From Prochlorococcus sp. AG-355-K03 (GTDB lineage Bacteria > Cyanobacteriota > Cyanobacteriia > PCC-6307 > Cyanobiaceae), in NCBI GenBank assembly GCA_003278685.1, contig QCDS01000002.1, positions 16,731 through 80,730 of the forward strand: 64,000 nucleotides of DNA, written 5' to 3'. This document shows, piece after piece, positions 43,943 through 53,025 of the stretch (position 1 is the stretch's first letter; every line of letters starts with the position of its first letter). The notes under the pieces are model-generated. The model searched no databases. It was not told the DNA's origin and worked only from the letters and a program-made list of their open reading frames with translations. Made by a program: the position numbers and the translations under genes.

Positions 43943-43998
43943 AATTCTTTAACACCAAAAATTTCTGCTAGTTTAATTTTACATAATTTGGTAGAAAT

Positions 43999-44844
43999 TT
44001 GTTAATAGCAACTTGGAATGTAAACTCTATAAGAACCAGACTTTCACAAATAATAGATTGGATTAATAAAGCCAATCCAGATATTCTTTGTTTGCAGGAA
44101 ACAAAAGTGATGGATAATAGTTTCCCTACTGAACCTTTTGAAAAGTTAGGATACTTTGTAGAGGTCTACGGGCAAAAATCATACAATGGTGTAGCTATTA
44201 TTTCTAAAATAAAGCCAGAAAATGTTAAAAAAGGATTTTACGGTTGTACGGACTTTGATCAAAATATCGAAATTTTCCTAGATCAAAAAAGATTGATTTC
44301 TGCGGATATTAATGGCATTAAAATCATAAATGTTTACGTGCCAAACGGATCTTCTCTAGAATCTAATAAATTCGAATACAAAATTAATTGGTTAAATTGT
44401 TTATCTTCATTTTTGGATGATCAAGAAAAAAAAGGAGAATTAATTTGCCTTATGGGTGATTTTAATGTTGCTCCTTCTAACTTGGATATTCATGATCCAA
44501 AGAAATATGAAGGAGGAATAATGGCATCTGAGATTGAGAGAAATGCACTTAATAATGTTCTGAAAAAAAGATTAATAGATTCGTTTAGGATTTATGAACA
44601 AAATACTGGCTATTGGAGTTGGTGGGATTACCGTAACAATGCATTTGAATTAAATAAAGGCTGGAGAATAGACCATATATATATCAGCAAAGAACTTTCA
44701 TCAAAACTTAAAAGTTGTGTCATAGACAGCTCCCCTAGAGGTAATTTGCGTCCAAGTGATCATGCTCCAGTAATGATAAATCTTAACTTAAACGAAATAA
44801 ATGCAGATTTTTTTGAGGATGAGGATAATTTCTTCGAAATATGA
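43999..44844 (+). CDS. xth: Exodeoxyribonuclease III
   Basis: TWNVNS, LQETK, YVPNG, GDFN, WRIDH, SDHAP. Confidence 0.96.
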   Translation: MLIATWNVNSIRTRLSQIIDWINKANPDILCLQETKVMDNSFPTEPFEKLGYFVEVYGQKSYNGVAIISKIKPENVKKGFYGCTDFDQNIEIFLDQKRLISADINGIKIINVYVPNGSSLESNKFEYKINWLNCLSSFLDDQEKKGELICLMGDFNVAPSNLDIHDPKKYEGGIMASEIERNALNNVLKKRLIDSFRIYEQNTGYWSWWDYRNNAFELNKGWRIDHIYISKELSSKLKSCVIDSSPRGNLRPSDHAPVMINLNLNEINADFFEDEDNFFEI

Positions 44845-44998
44845 ATAAAATAAATTAAATTTCTTTAATGCTTGAAAACGCTTATTAATAAAGAGTTATC
44901 TAAAGTTAGGTTGTTTTTAATAATAATTTCTTTAAAATTAATAATTTACAATCCAAACTATCGCAATAAAAATATCATAATGTAGAATTTCAATCTGA

Positions 44999-45027
44999 TT
45001 GACAAATTTTTTTCTTATTTCTAATTT
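44999..45027 (+). promoter_or_regulatory. Putative sigma70 promoter of hemL
   Basis: TTGACA-17 bp-TAATTT ending 43 nt before the start codon. Confidence 0.5.
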
Positions 45028-45070
45028 AGAACATGACTAGATTTTTCTCAAAACATCACTTAGCTAAATT

Positions 45071-46372
45071 GTGACTGACATATTAAATTACACAAAATCA
45101 GAAGAAATTTTCTCTGCCGCCCAAGAACTTATGCCAGGAGGAGTAAGCTCTCCAGTAAGAGCTTTTAAGTCTGTAGGAGGTCAGCCAATTGTTTTTGATA
45201 GAGTCAAAGGTCCTTTCGCTTGGGATATTGATGGAAATAGATATATTGACTACATAGGTAGCTGGGGACCTGCTATATGCGGACATGCCCACCCTGAAGT
45301 TACAACGGCATTACAGGAAGCAATTGAGAAAGGCACAAGCTTTGGTGCTCCATGCGTTCTAGAGAACAAACTTGCTGAAATGGTAATAGATGCAGTCCCA
45401 TCTGTAGAAATGGTTAGATTTGTTAACAGTGGAACTGAAGCATGCATGGCTGTTTTGAGACTCATGCGAGCATTTACTGGAAGAGATAAAGTTATTAAAT
45501 TTGATGGTTGCTATCACGGTCATGCGGATATGTTTTTAGTGAAAGCAGGATCAGGTGTAGCCACTCTGGGTTTACCAGATTCTCCAGGTGTTCCACGGAC
45601 AACAACTGCTAACACACTTACTGCTCCCTACAACGACCTTGAAGCAGTAAAAAAATTATTTTCTGAAAATCCTGATGCCATTTCGGGGGTTATTCTTGAG
45701 CCTATCGTTGGTAATGCTGGATTTATTACTCCAGAACCTGGATTTTTGGAGGGATTAAGGGAATTAACTACTGAAAATGGATCCTTATTAGTTTTTGACG
45801 AAGTAATGACTGGATTCAGAATAAGTTATGGAGGAGCTCAAGAAAAGTTTGGGGTTACTCCTGATTTAACAACCCTTGGGAAAGTAATTGGTGGAGGCCT
45901 GCCTGTTGGGGCTTATGGAGGCAAGAAAGAAATAATGTCAATGGTAGCCCCTTCAGGGCCGGTATACCAAGCAGGCACTTTGAGCGGCAATCCACTGGCA
46001 ATGACTGCTGGAATAAAAACTCTTGAACTGCTCAAACAAGATGGTACTTACGATAAACTTGAATCAACAACTTCTAGATTAATAGAAGGAATAATTCAGT
46101 CAGCAGAAAATAACGGTATTGCTATTAACGGTGGAAATGTAAGTGCTATGTTTGGATTTTTCTTATGCGATGGGCCAGTTAGGAACTTTGATGAAGCAAA
46201 AACAAATGATGCCGAACTTTTTGGAAAGTTGCATAGAGAAATGCTTCGACGAGGAATTTACCTAGCCCCAAGCCCCTTTGAAGCTGGTTTTACATCACTA
46301 GCTCATAGCGAAGAAGAAATTGATAAAACTATTGAAGCTTTTGACGAATCTTTTAATGCAATTAAAAAATAA
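45071..46372 (+). CDS. hemL: Glutamate-1-semialdehyde 2,1-aminomutase
   Basis: [34 protein letters not shown]. Confidence 0.98.
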   Translation: MTDILNYTKSEEIFSAAQELMPGGVSSPVRAFKSVGGQPIVFDRVKGPFAWDIDGNRYIDYIGSWGPAICGHAHPEVTTALQEAIEKGTSFGAPCVLENKLAEMVIDAVPSVEMVRFVNSGTEACMAVLRLMRAFTGRDKVIKFDGCYHGHADMFLVKAGSGVATLGLPDSPGVPRTTTANTLTAPYNDLEAVKKLFSENPDAISGVILEPIVGNAGFITPEPGFLEGLRELTTENGSLLVFDEVMTGFRISYGGAQEKFGVTPDLTTLGKVIGGGLPVGAYGGKKEIMSMVAPSGPVYQAGTLSGNPLAMTAGIKTLELLKQDGTYDKLESTTSRLIEGIIQSAENNGIAINGGNVSAMFGFFLCDGPVRNFDEAKTNDAELFGKLHREMLRRGIYLAPSPFEAGFTSLAHSEEEIDKTIEAFDESFNAIKK

Positions 46373-46412
46373 TCATTTACTAGTCTTTCCCTAAGGAAAA
46401 TAAGTAAATGAT
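46372..46412. terminator. Inverted repeat between convergent hemL and SPFH genes (possible bidirectional terminator)
   Basis: ATCATTTACT...TTTCC-CTAA-GGAAA...AGTAAATGAT. Confidence 0.55.
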
Positions 46413-46444
46413 AAAAGAGTTTAGAAAGATCTTTTTGTAAATAA

Positions 46445-47248
46445 TTATCTTCTACCACCAACTATTACTGGTGGAGTACCTCCTTCTGAACCTGGCAAGC
46501 CAGGAACAACTTGAGTACTGCCATCCCATTTGTCGAGAAATAATTTAAAAAGTACTTGATCGTCGAGACTTCTATTTAATGTCTCATATCTAAGTGCTTC
46601 TTGTTCAGCAATTTCAACTTCAGTCTTTGCTCTTAATAATTGCTGACCAGCTATTTGCTTTTGTTCAATCGCAGCTCTGTATTCTTCAGCGATCTCTAAT
46701 CCAGTGAGATCTAAACTTTTAACATCTACATAATCGAATGAATTTAATTCTTTTGCAACGGTATCACCTACTTTTTCAGAAATTACTGCAAATTCAGTAG
46801 CAATTGTTTCTAGCTCATATTGAGAAAAAACTGATTTTAGAGCTTTTAGCAAAGATGGCTGAACAATTTTCTGATAAACATCGCTATTTCTGCTTGCAAT
46901 TGTTGCGAAGATCCTTCCTGCCTCATTAGGTTTTACTGAATACTTAACAGTAGCTGTAGCTCTAATAACTTGAAGATCTTTAGTTAGAGTTTCAAATTTT
47001 TCTGGTTGAACTTGAGTTTTTATATCAAATGGATATACAGACTGAACAAATGGAAGTTTAAAGTTTAAACCAGCTCTCCTAGAGGGACCACTCACTTTCC
47101 CTAGTGTTGTAATTACTGCAACTTGTCCAGAAGGTACAACAAATAATGATTGGGTGAGCAAAAGAAAGCCAGTAAAAGACAATACAATCAGTAATGTTGC
47201 TGTCCCACCAGGACCTGTTGGTGTGACATTTTTAAAGGATGTTGACAT
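46445..47248 (-). CDS. SPFH/band 7/prohibitin protein
   Basis: N-terminal TM, GLNFKLPFVQ, TKDLQ, AIEQKQIA, KWDG. Confidence 0.92.
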   Translation of the reverse strand: MSTSFKNVTPTGPGGTATLLIVLSFTGFLLLTQSLFVVPSGQVAVITTLGKVSGPSRRAGLNFKLPFVQSVYPFDIKTQVQPEKFETLTKDLQVIRATATVKYSVKPNEAGRIFATIASRNSDVYQKIVQPSLLKALKSVFSQYELETIATEFAVISEKVGDTVAKELNSFDYVDVKSLDLTGLEIAEEYRAAIEQKQIAGQQLLRAKTEVEIAEQEALRYETLNRSLDDQVLFKLFLDKWDGSTQVVPGLPGSEGGTPPVIVGGRR

Positions 47249-47357
47249 TAAGTTTATTATTTTAATTAATCATATTTAAATAGATTAATTAGTGCATTAG
47301 TAAGACATTTAATTAAAATATTTTTTTAATAATTATAAATCTAAATATAGATTTAAA

Positions 47358-47567
47358 TTAATAGATATTTGATTTAAATTCTTGCAAAAGTTCTAAATAA
47401 AGATCCTCATCTATTTCCCTGATATCATATTCAGAAGGTAACACACCATGCTTATGCTCATGTACCGCCATCCAACAAAATTTCTCTATTTCTTCTTTTG
47501 AAAAACGAGGATATTCTTTTACATTCTTAATCAATGAGTTAATGAGAGATTTTGAATAATCTGACAT
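47358..47567 (-). CDS. Small hypothetical protein
   Basis: 69-aa ORF with CWMAVHEHKHG. Confidence 0.65.
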   Translation of the reverse strand: MSDYSKSLINSLIKNVKEYPRFSKEEIEKFCWMAVHEHKHGVLPSEYDIREIDEDLYLELLQEFKSNIY

Positions 47568-47594
47568 ATTTTTAAAATAATATTGCTAAATATT

Positions 47595-48092
47595 TTACCT
47601 AAAGTTATTAGCTTTTAGAGGAATGTTCAAAGACTCCTCCAACTCACTAACAAGCTTAATTGCCAATTGAAGATCATTTTTGCTCTTACTAGCAACTCTG
47701 AGTGTTTCTCCATTGATACTGACATTAATTTTTTTAATTTGATCTCTAATATTTTTACTGATTTTTTTTGCAATTTCTTGTTTAATTCCTTGTTTTAATA
47801 AAATTGTCTGTTTAATTCTATTACCACTAACTATTTCAATGTCACCGTAGTCAAATATTTTTAAGGATAAGTTTCTTTTTATTGCCTTTTGTCTAATTAT
47901 GTCATTAACAGCATTCAAAGTAAGTTCGCTATTGGTGATTACAAAAATATTTTCTTTTTCTAAATCAACTGAAGTATCCGTGCATTTCAAATCGTAACGC
48001 TGGGAAATTTCCCTTTTAACTTGATCCAAAGTATTGACTAATTCTTGTCTATCAAAATCAGAAACTACATCAAATGAAAAACTTTCTGCCAT
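47595..48092 (-). CDS. yajQ: YajQ-family nucleotide-binding protein
   Basis: SFDVVS, RYDLK, GETLRV, DLQ, NFR end. Confidence 0.93.
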   Translation of the reverse strand: MAESFSFDVVSDFDRQELVNTLDQVKREISQRYDLKCTDTSVDLEKENIFVITNSELTLNAVNDIIRQKAIKRNLSLKIFDYGDIEIVSGNRIKQTILLKQGIKQEIAKKISKNIRDQIKKINVSINGETLRVASKSKNDLQLAIKLVSELEESLNIPLKANNFR

Positions 48093-48158
48093 AGTAAATT
48101 ATTAAACGCTAAATATTATTAGCATAAATCATCTTTTCATTAGGGGAAATGGGTTAAT

Positions 48159-48671
48159 TTAATCAAAAAATAACAAACTAACAACTTTGCCCATTTCTTC
48201 AGCACATCTACAACTATTAAGCAAAGTTTCACTATCGTGAAAGGCAAAGCATATTAATTGATCGCACCTAGTAATAATTTCTTGATTACAAAGACTACTC
48301 GCAAGCGGCAAAGGTAATTCATCATTTTCACTTTTTTCAACCAAATGCATAACCCTCTCAAGTTGATCCTTTATTTCGGGTATTTGTCTATCAAGACTTT
48401 GTGGTAATAAAACAGTTAATAATGAAGGATTAATATCTAAAACAGCTCGAATAACAGCTGCATTAACACCTTGAGATCCAGACGTAAGAATATTATGTCC
48501 TTCCTCTGCTAAAGACCTTGCTATCAACTCAATTAAATGGATATCTACAACCGGTACGTGTCTACTACCTAAAAAAGCAATTCTCCTTTTCCCATTATCT
48601 TGGAGTTTTGCAAGTTCTTGAGCTAAGGCATCAACACCTTCAGTTGCTGGTAGATCTAAAGAGCGACTCAA
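48159..48671 (-). CDS. Stand-alone DprA/SMF-like (SLOG) Rossmann domain protein
   Basis: RIAFLGSR, ILTSGSQGVN, CNQEI; no accessory DprA domains. Confidence 0.7.
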   Translation of the reverse strand: MSRSLDLPATEGVDALAQELAKLQDNGKRRIAFLGSRHVPVVDIHLIELIARSLAEEGHNILTSGSQGVNAAVIRAVLDINPSLLTVLLPQSLDRQIPEIKDQLERVMHLVEKSENDELPLPLASSLCNQEIITRCDQLICFAFHDSETLLNSCRCAEEMGKVVSLLFFD

Positions 48672-48696
48672 AATAATAAAGTTCCTATATTTGAAA

Positions 48697-49806
48697 TTAG
48701 CATTTATCTGAAAAATTGCAGGGAAAATCTATCTTTTCGAGAATTCTTTTTAGATTTACATGCTCTTGAACTAATTGAATAGCATAAGAAGCTTTAATTG
48801 ATTCATGTATTCTGACATGACCAAAAGCTTGTTCAATAATTTCCACAGAGGAAAGAGTATCTAATTCCACCTTTAAAATTGGCACCTCCAATTCTTCCGC
48901 TCTATGAATCAATTGTGACAAAGGATCTCCTAAGCCAGTTAAAATAAGGCATTGTGTCGAAGCCTCCAAAGCAGCAAGTTGGATATCAGTTCTATCAGCA
49001 CCAGTAACTACAGCCATATTTCGTCTTCTCCTGAAAAATTCCATTGCAGAATTCACCCCCATTGCACCAATACTTAATGTTTCTACAAGCAATTGATCTT
49101 TTTCAGGGCAACAAATTACTTGGGCATCTAGTCTTCTTACAAGCTCACCTACGGTGACACTTCTAAGAAGTGGTGATTTAGGCATCACTCCAAACACTTC
49201 AATATCCAGATCTTTAAGAGAGGGTATTATTTCATTTTTAACTTTTTCGACTTCTTGCGGCAAAACTCCATTTAATACAACTCCAGCCAATTTCTCACCT
49301 AATTGTTTTTTCGCATCAAGTAATGCATCCACACTTTTACAATCTTCCCATAAATTCACAATTAAAACTTTCGCATCTAAATCCTTAGCTAGTTGTGGGA
49401 GACTTAAGCCATAAATCATACCCTCATGAAGACTTCCTGCTGCTTCTAAAATATTTAGACCTTCAAAATCATCATTAACCAATCCTTCAATCTGATCAAA
49501 ACCTTTTCCTGGGAGCAAGTCTTTATTGAAGATTCTTTTTTCAGCTGAGATATTATCCAATAATCCTACTGAAGAAATTAAATTCTCCTCTTCGATATTT
49601 AATGTAGATCCAATAAACTTAACATCATCATCTATTAATCCTTCATAAGACATTGAGGGGAGATTAGTAAGTTCAATACATGTTGCTAGAGGTTTTCCAA
49701 TGCGTACTTTTTTTTTCTTCTGTAAAAGTTTTTTTGCTATCCCGAGAACCATTGCAGACTTACCACTAAATGGCTCACATGAACCAATTAATAATATATC
49801 GCTCAT
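48697..49806 (-). CDS. Pta N-terminal-like protein (BioD-like P-loop + DRTGG), no acetyltransferase domain
   Basis: FSGKS, GKP, LEAAG, GVVLN, VVTGADRTDI, LILTG. Confidence 0.85.
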   Translation of the reverse strand: MSDILLIGSCEPFSGKSAMVLGIAKKLLQKKKKVRIGKPLATCIELTNLPSMSYEGLIDDDVKFIGSTLNIEEENLISSVGLLDNISAEKRIFNKDLLPGKGFDQIEGLVNDDFEGLNILEAAGSLHEGMIYGLSLPQLAKDLDAKVLIVNLWEDCKSVDALLDAKKQLGEKLAGVVLNGVLPQEVEKVKNEIIPSLKDLDIEVFGVMPKSPLLRSVTVGELVRRLDAQVICCPEKDQLLVETLSIGAMGVNSAMEFFRRRRNMAVVTGADRTDIQLAALEASTQCLILTGLGDPLSQLIHRAEELEVPILKVELDTLSSVEIIEQAFGHVRIHESIKASYAIQLVQEHVNLKRILEKIDFPCNFSDKC

Positions 49807-49960
49807 AATTAAACAAATTATTTATTAATAGGTTTAAGATAATATTTTTTTTAGAACTAAACAAATATTTATTTATGAGTTTTAATCAAATAAAAAAATA
49901 AATAATCTTTTTTTGGTAAATTTATTTTAATTCTTTGGTATTTCATAAAAATCAAGCAAA

Positions 49961-50680
49961 ATGATAAATCCAACCAAAAACAAAAAAATAATAGGGATTA
50001 CTGGAGCTTCAGGTGCGCTAGGGAAAGAATTAACAAAGTTGTTTCGTCAAAAAGGATATAAAGTGATTGGATTTACTCATAGTAAAACTAATTATGAAAT
50101 AAATCTTGAATCTCCAAATGAATGGATTAAATGGGAATGTGGAAAGGAGTCGTCATTAGAAAAACAATTAGAAAATATAGACATTTTAATTTTGAACCAT
50201 GGTATCTATGATTTGAGTAGAGAAAATTCCAATTATGAAAACTCTATAGAGATAAATGCATTAAGCAAATTCAAATTTTTAAATTTATTTGAAGATATTG
50301 CTCTAAGAAATGATTCACTAATAAAAAAAGAGATTTGGATAAATACATCTGAAGCAGAAATATTACCCGCCCTAAATCCGTCATATGAGATTAGCAAATC
50401 CCTAATTGGTCAATTAGTTTCTTTCAAAAAAAATCTTCTGGACAAAAATACAAAGCAAAAATTAATAATAAAAAAAATCATCTTAGGGCCTTTTAAATCA
50501 GAACTAAATCCTCTCGGAATAATGAGTCCTAAATTTGTTTCTAAAAAAATTTATGATTTAGCCAATTCAAACAATTATTTAGTAATAATTAGTCCAAACC
50601 CTTTAACCTACATACTTTTCCCATTGAAAGAATTTTTTAACTTTTTGTATTGCCAAATTATCTACAAGTACAAATCCTAG
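49961..50680 (+). CDS. Short-chain dehydrogenase-like protein
   Basis: ITGASGALG, LNHG, NTSEAE, YEISK. Confidence 0.85.
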   Translation: MINPTKNKKIIGITGASGALGKELTKLFRQKGYKVIGFTHSKTNYEINLESPNEWIKWECGKESSLEKQLENIDILILNHGIYDLSRENSNYENSIEINALSKFKFLNLFEDIALRNDSLIKKEIWINTSEAEILPALNPSYEISKSLIGQLVSFKKNLLDKNTKQKLIIKKIILGPFKSELNPLGIMSPKFVSKKIYDLANSNNYLVIISPNPLTYILFPLKEFFNFLYCQIIYKYKS

Positions 50681-50683
50681 TGT

Positions 50684-51523
50684 CTAGAAATCTCGATCTG
50701 TCAATATTTCAATACCATCTTTTAAAACAACTATTGTATGTTCCCATTGGGCCGATAGTTTTCCATCTTTTGTTATTACGGTCCATCTATCATTAAGTGT
50801 TTTGCAAGATTTAGTCCCTTCATTAACAATAGGTTCTACTGCTAATGTCATGCCTTCACGAAGGACGACGTTTGGCAATTCTCTGGTCCTAAAATTAAAT
50901 ACCGATGGTTCTTCATGAAGGTTTCTTCCTACTCCATGACCTGTGTAGTCTTCTACAACACTAAAGCCATTTTTTACAACAATATCTTCGATTTCCCCAG
51001 CTACATCCAGAAGTGTATTCCCTGCCTTGATTTTCGAAAGCCCCGCATACAATGCTTCATAAGCTATGTCACTAAGTTTTTGAGCCTTTGAACTAACTTC
51101 TCCTACGCAAATTGATATACAACTATCTCCATGGAAACCATCTAAATATGCCCCTGTATCAATTTTAACCAAATCACCATTTTTAATTATTTTATTTTTA
51201 CTTGGAATCCCGTGGACAACCTCATTATTAATACTAGAACAAATACTAGAAGGGAATCCATGGTAGCCCTTGAAACTTGGCACAGCTCCAAAACTTTTTA
51301 TCCTCTTTTCTGCGAAATCATCTAAATCTTTTGTACTCATTCCAGGTTTAATTAAATCATTAATTTCCCTCAAAACAGTTGCTACAATCTTGCTAGATTT
51401 TTTCATCAAATTTATTTCCCTTGAAGACTTTATTTCGATTCCTCTTCTCCTCTGAATAAAAGGAACTTGATCATTAGCTTTGGAATTATTTTTATTTAAC
51501 AAAAGATCTGCAAAATGTCTCAT
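50684..51523 (-). CDS. map: Methionine aminopeptidase type I
   Basis: VVHGIP, DGFHGD, GHGVG..LHEEP, EP, AQWEHT. Confidence 0.97.
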   Translation of the reverse strand: MRHFADLLLNKNNSKANDQVPFIQRRRGIEIKSSREINLMKKSSKIVATVLREINDLIKPGMSTKDLDDFAEKRIKSFGAVPSFKGYHGFPSSICSSINNEVVHGIPSKNKIIKNGDLVKIDTGAYLDGFHGDSCISICVGEVSSKAQKLSDIAYEALYAGLSKIKAGNTLLDVAGEIEDIVVKNGFSVVEDYTGHGVGRNLHEEPSVFNFRTRELPNVVLREGMTLAVEPIVNEGTKSCKTLNDRWTVITKDGKLSAQWEHTIVVLKDGIEILTDRDF

Positions 51524-51618
51524 TGGAATAAATAATAGTAATAGGTAAATATCTTCAAGATAGCCTTTATTGTCTTGGATACCTTAAATCTATCAATAAC
51601 AAAAGAAAAGAAACAAAA

Positions 51619-51927
51619 ATGAAAACTTTATTTAATTCTAGACAATTTCATAAGTCATTGGCGCCTTGGGTTTTTCTTCCATTATTTATATCTTCAATTA
51701 CTGGTCTTCTTTATAGGGTTTCAAAAGATTTACTAGGTTACTCTAGAGAAGACGTTCATTGGTTAATGTCTCTACATGAGGGCGAATGGCTTGGAGATAA
51801 TGGAGAACTGATATACGTAATATTTAATTCCCTTGGAGTTTTATGGATGCTCGTCACAGGATTCCAAATGTTTTCAAAAACAATTTCATTTACCAAAAAG
51901 GTTACTAAAGGCGAGTCAAAAGGTTAA
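51619..51927 (+). CDS. Small PepSY-TM-like membrane protein
   Basis: RQFHK..., ITG, LHEGEW, VTG pattern. Confidence 0.65.
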   Translation: MKTLFNSRQFHKSLAPWVFLPLFISSITGLLYRVSKDLLGYSREDVHWLMSLHEGEWLGDNGELIYVIFNSLGVLWMLVTGFQMFSKTISFTKKVTKGESKG

Positions 51928-51959
51928 GATATAGAACTTGTAGGACAATAAAGACCAAA

Positions 51960-52430
51960 ATGGCCAAAGAGAAACAAGAGAAGGAATTAGAAACCGGCAT
52001 TAAAGCTGACGCATCAGTTGATGTAGCAGTTGAACAAAAAGAAAAAAATACGGTTTCTGAGACTACGCAAACCTTAAGCGCATCGAATCTTATTAAGGAA
52101 TTTGAGAATGAACAATTAAAAAAAGAATTACCTGAAATATATGTTGGGGACACTGTTAAAGTTGGAGTAAAGATTACAGAAGGTAATAAAGAAAGAGTCC
52201 AACCTTATGAAGGAGTTGTAATAGCAAAAAGGCATGGGGGTATCAACCAGACTATTACAGTTAGAAGAATTTTTCAGGGTATAGGTGTTGAAAGAGTATT
52301 TATGCTACATAGTCCACAGGTTGCCTCTCTAAAAGTTGAACGTAGAGGTAAAGTAAGAAGAGCTAAGTTATTCTATCTGAGAGATAGAGTAGGAAAAGCT
52401 ACTCGCGTAAAACAACGCTTTGATCGATAA
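51960..52430 (+). CDS. rplS: 50S ribosomal protein L19
   Basis: [30 protein letters not shown]. Confidence 0.98.
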   Translation: MAKEKQEKELETGIKADASVDVAVEQKEKNTVSETTQTLSASNLIKEFENEQLKKELPEIYVGDTVKVGVKITEGNKERVQPYEGVVIAKRHGGINQTITVRRIFQGIGVERVFMLHSPQVASLKVERRGKVRRAKLFYLRDRVGKATRVKQRFDR

Positions 52431-52483
52431 AGTTGTAAATTGTTCAACTTATTGGTCACAAAGACGCTTATAATTAATTAGAT

Positions 52484-52556
52484 GCGTCGTTAGTTCAGTT
52501 GGTAGAACGCAGGTCTCCAAAACCTGATGTCGGGGGTTCAAGTCCTCCACGACGCG
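52484..52556 (+). tRNA. trnW: tRNA-Trp (CCA), 3' CCA not encoded
   Basis: Acceptor GCGTCGT/ACGACGC, anticodon arm CAGGT-CTCCAAA-ACCTG, GGTTCAAGT T loop. Confidence 0.97.
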
Positions 52557-52591
52557 TTTGATCAACATTATGTAAATCATTTTTTCATAAG

Positions 52592-52786
52592 ATGGAGTTA
52601 GATCTTCAACCTGGGGACGTAGTTAAAGTCCTCGAATCAGCAGCTTTAGGATGGGTTCGTGCAAGAGTCATCAGAGTTAAGTCTGGTGGGAGAGTTGTCG
52701 TACAAAGTGACCAAGGCAGAGAATTTACTGCAAGAGGCAACCAAGTTAGGTTAATAGAACCTGCTGGTTTTAGACCTCAAAAATAA
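52592..52786 (+). CDS. hcp: Prochlorococcus/Synechococcus hyper-conserved protein (PSHCP, Tudor fold)
   Basis: MELDLQPGDVVKVLESAALGWVRARV...EPAGFRP; lies between tRNA-Trp and tRNA-Asp. Confidence 0.92.
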   Translation: MELDLQPGDVVKVLESAALGWVRARVIRVKSGGRVVVQSDQGREFTARGNQVRLIEPAGFRPQK

Positions 52787-52825
52787 ATAGTTGTTTTACA
52801 AAGGCAGCTGTAAAACTAACTATTT
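52785..52825 (+). terminator. Hairpin downstream of hcp
   Basis: AAATAGTT-GTTTTACA / TGTAAAAC-T-AACTATTT, 8-nt loop. Confidence 0.55.
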
Positions 52826-52934
52826 CTGTAAATCCTCAAATTAATAAATTTTTTTTATTACAACACCATAAATTAAGTATTATGATCTGATAATTTTAAG
52901 AATGAAGTTCTAAATAAATTTAGAACAAAACTTT

Positions 52935-53008
52935 GGGACCGTAGTTCAACTGGTTAGAGCACCGCCCTGTCACGGCGGAAGTTGCGGGTTCGAATCCCGT
53001 CGGTCCCG
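52935..53008 (+). tRNA. trnD: tRNA-Asp (GTC), 3' CCA not encoded
   Basis: Acceptor GGGACCG/CGGTCCC, anticodon arm CCGCC-CTGTCAC-GGCGG, GGTTCGAATCC. Confidence 0.97.
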
Positions 53009-53025
53009 TTTTTTCTAAAAGAAAT

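Noticed and set aside
48159-48671. True DprA/competence locus
   Set aside because: Too short, lacks other DprA domains, and no com/pil genes in the window.
48697-49806. Phosphate acetyltransferase (pta)
   Set aside because: Catalytic C-terminal PTA domain is absent.
52907-52926. GTTCTAAA/TTTAGAAC inverted repeat before tRNA-Asp
   Set aside because: Short AT-rich stem, plausible by chance at this composition; no function assignable.
52484-53008. tRNA-anchored integration site
   Set aside because: No duplicated tRNA 3' end or foreign genes noticed; neighbours are core genes.
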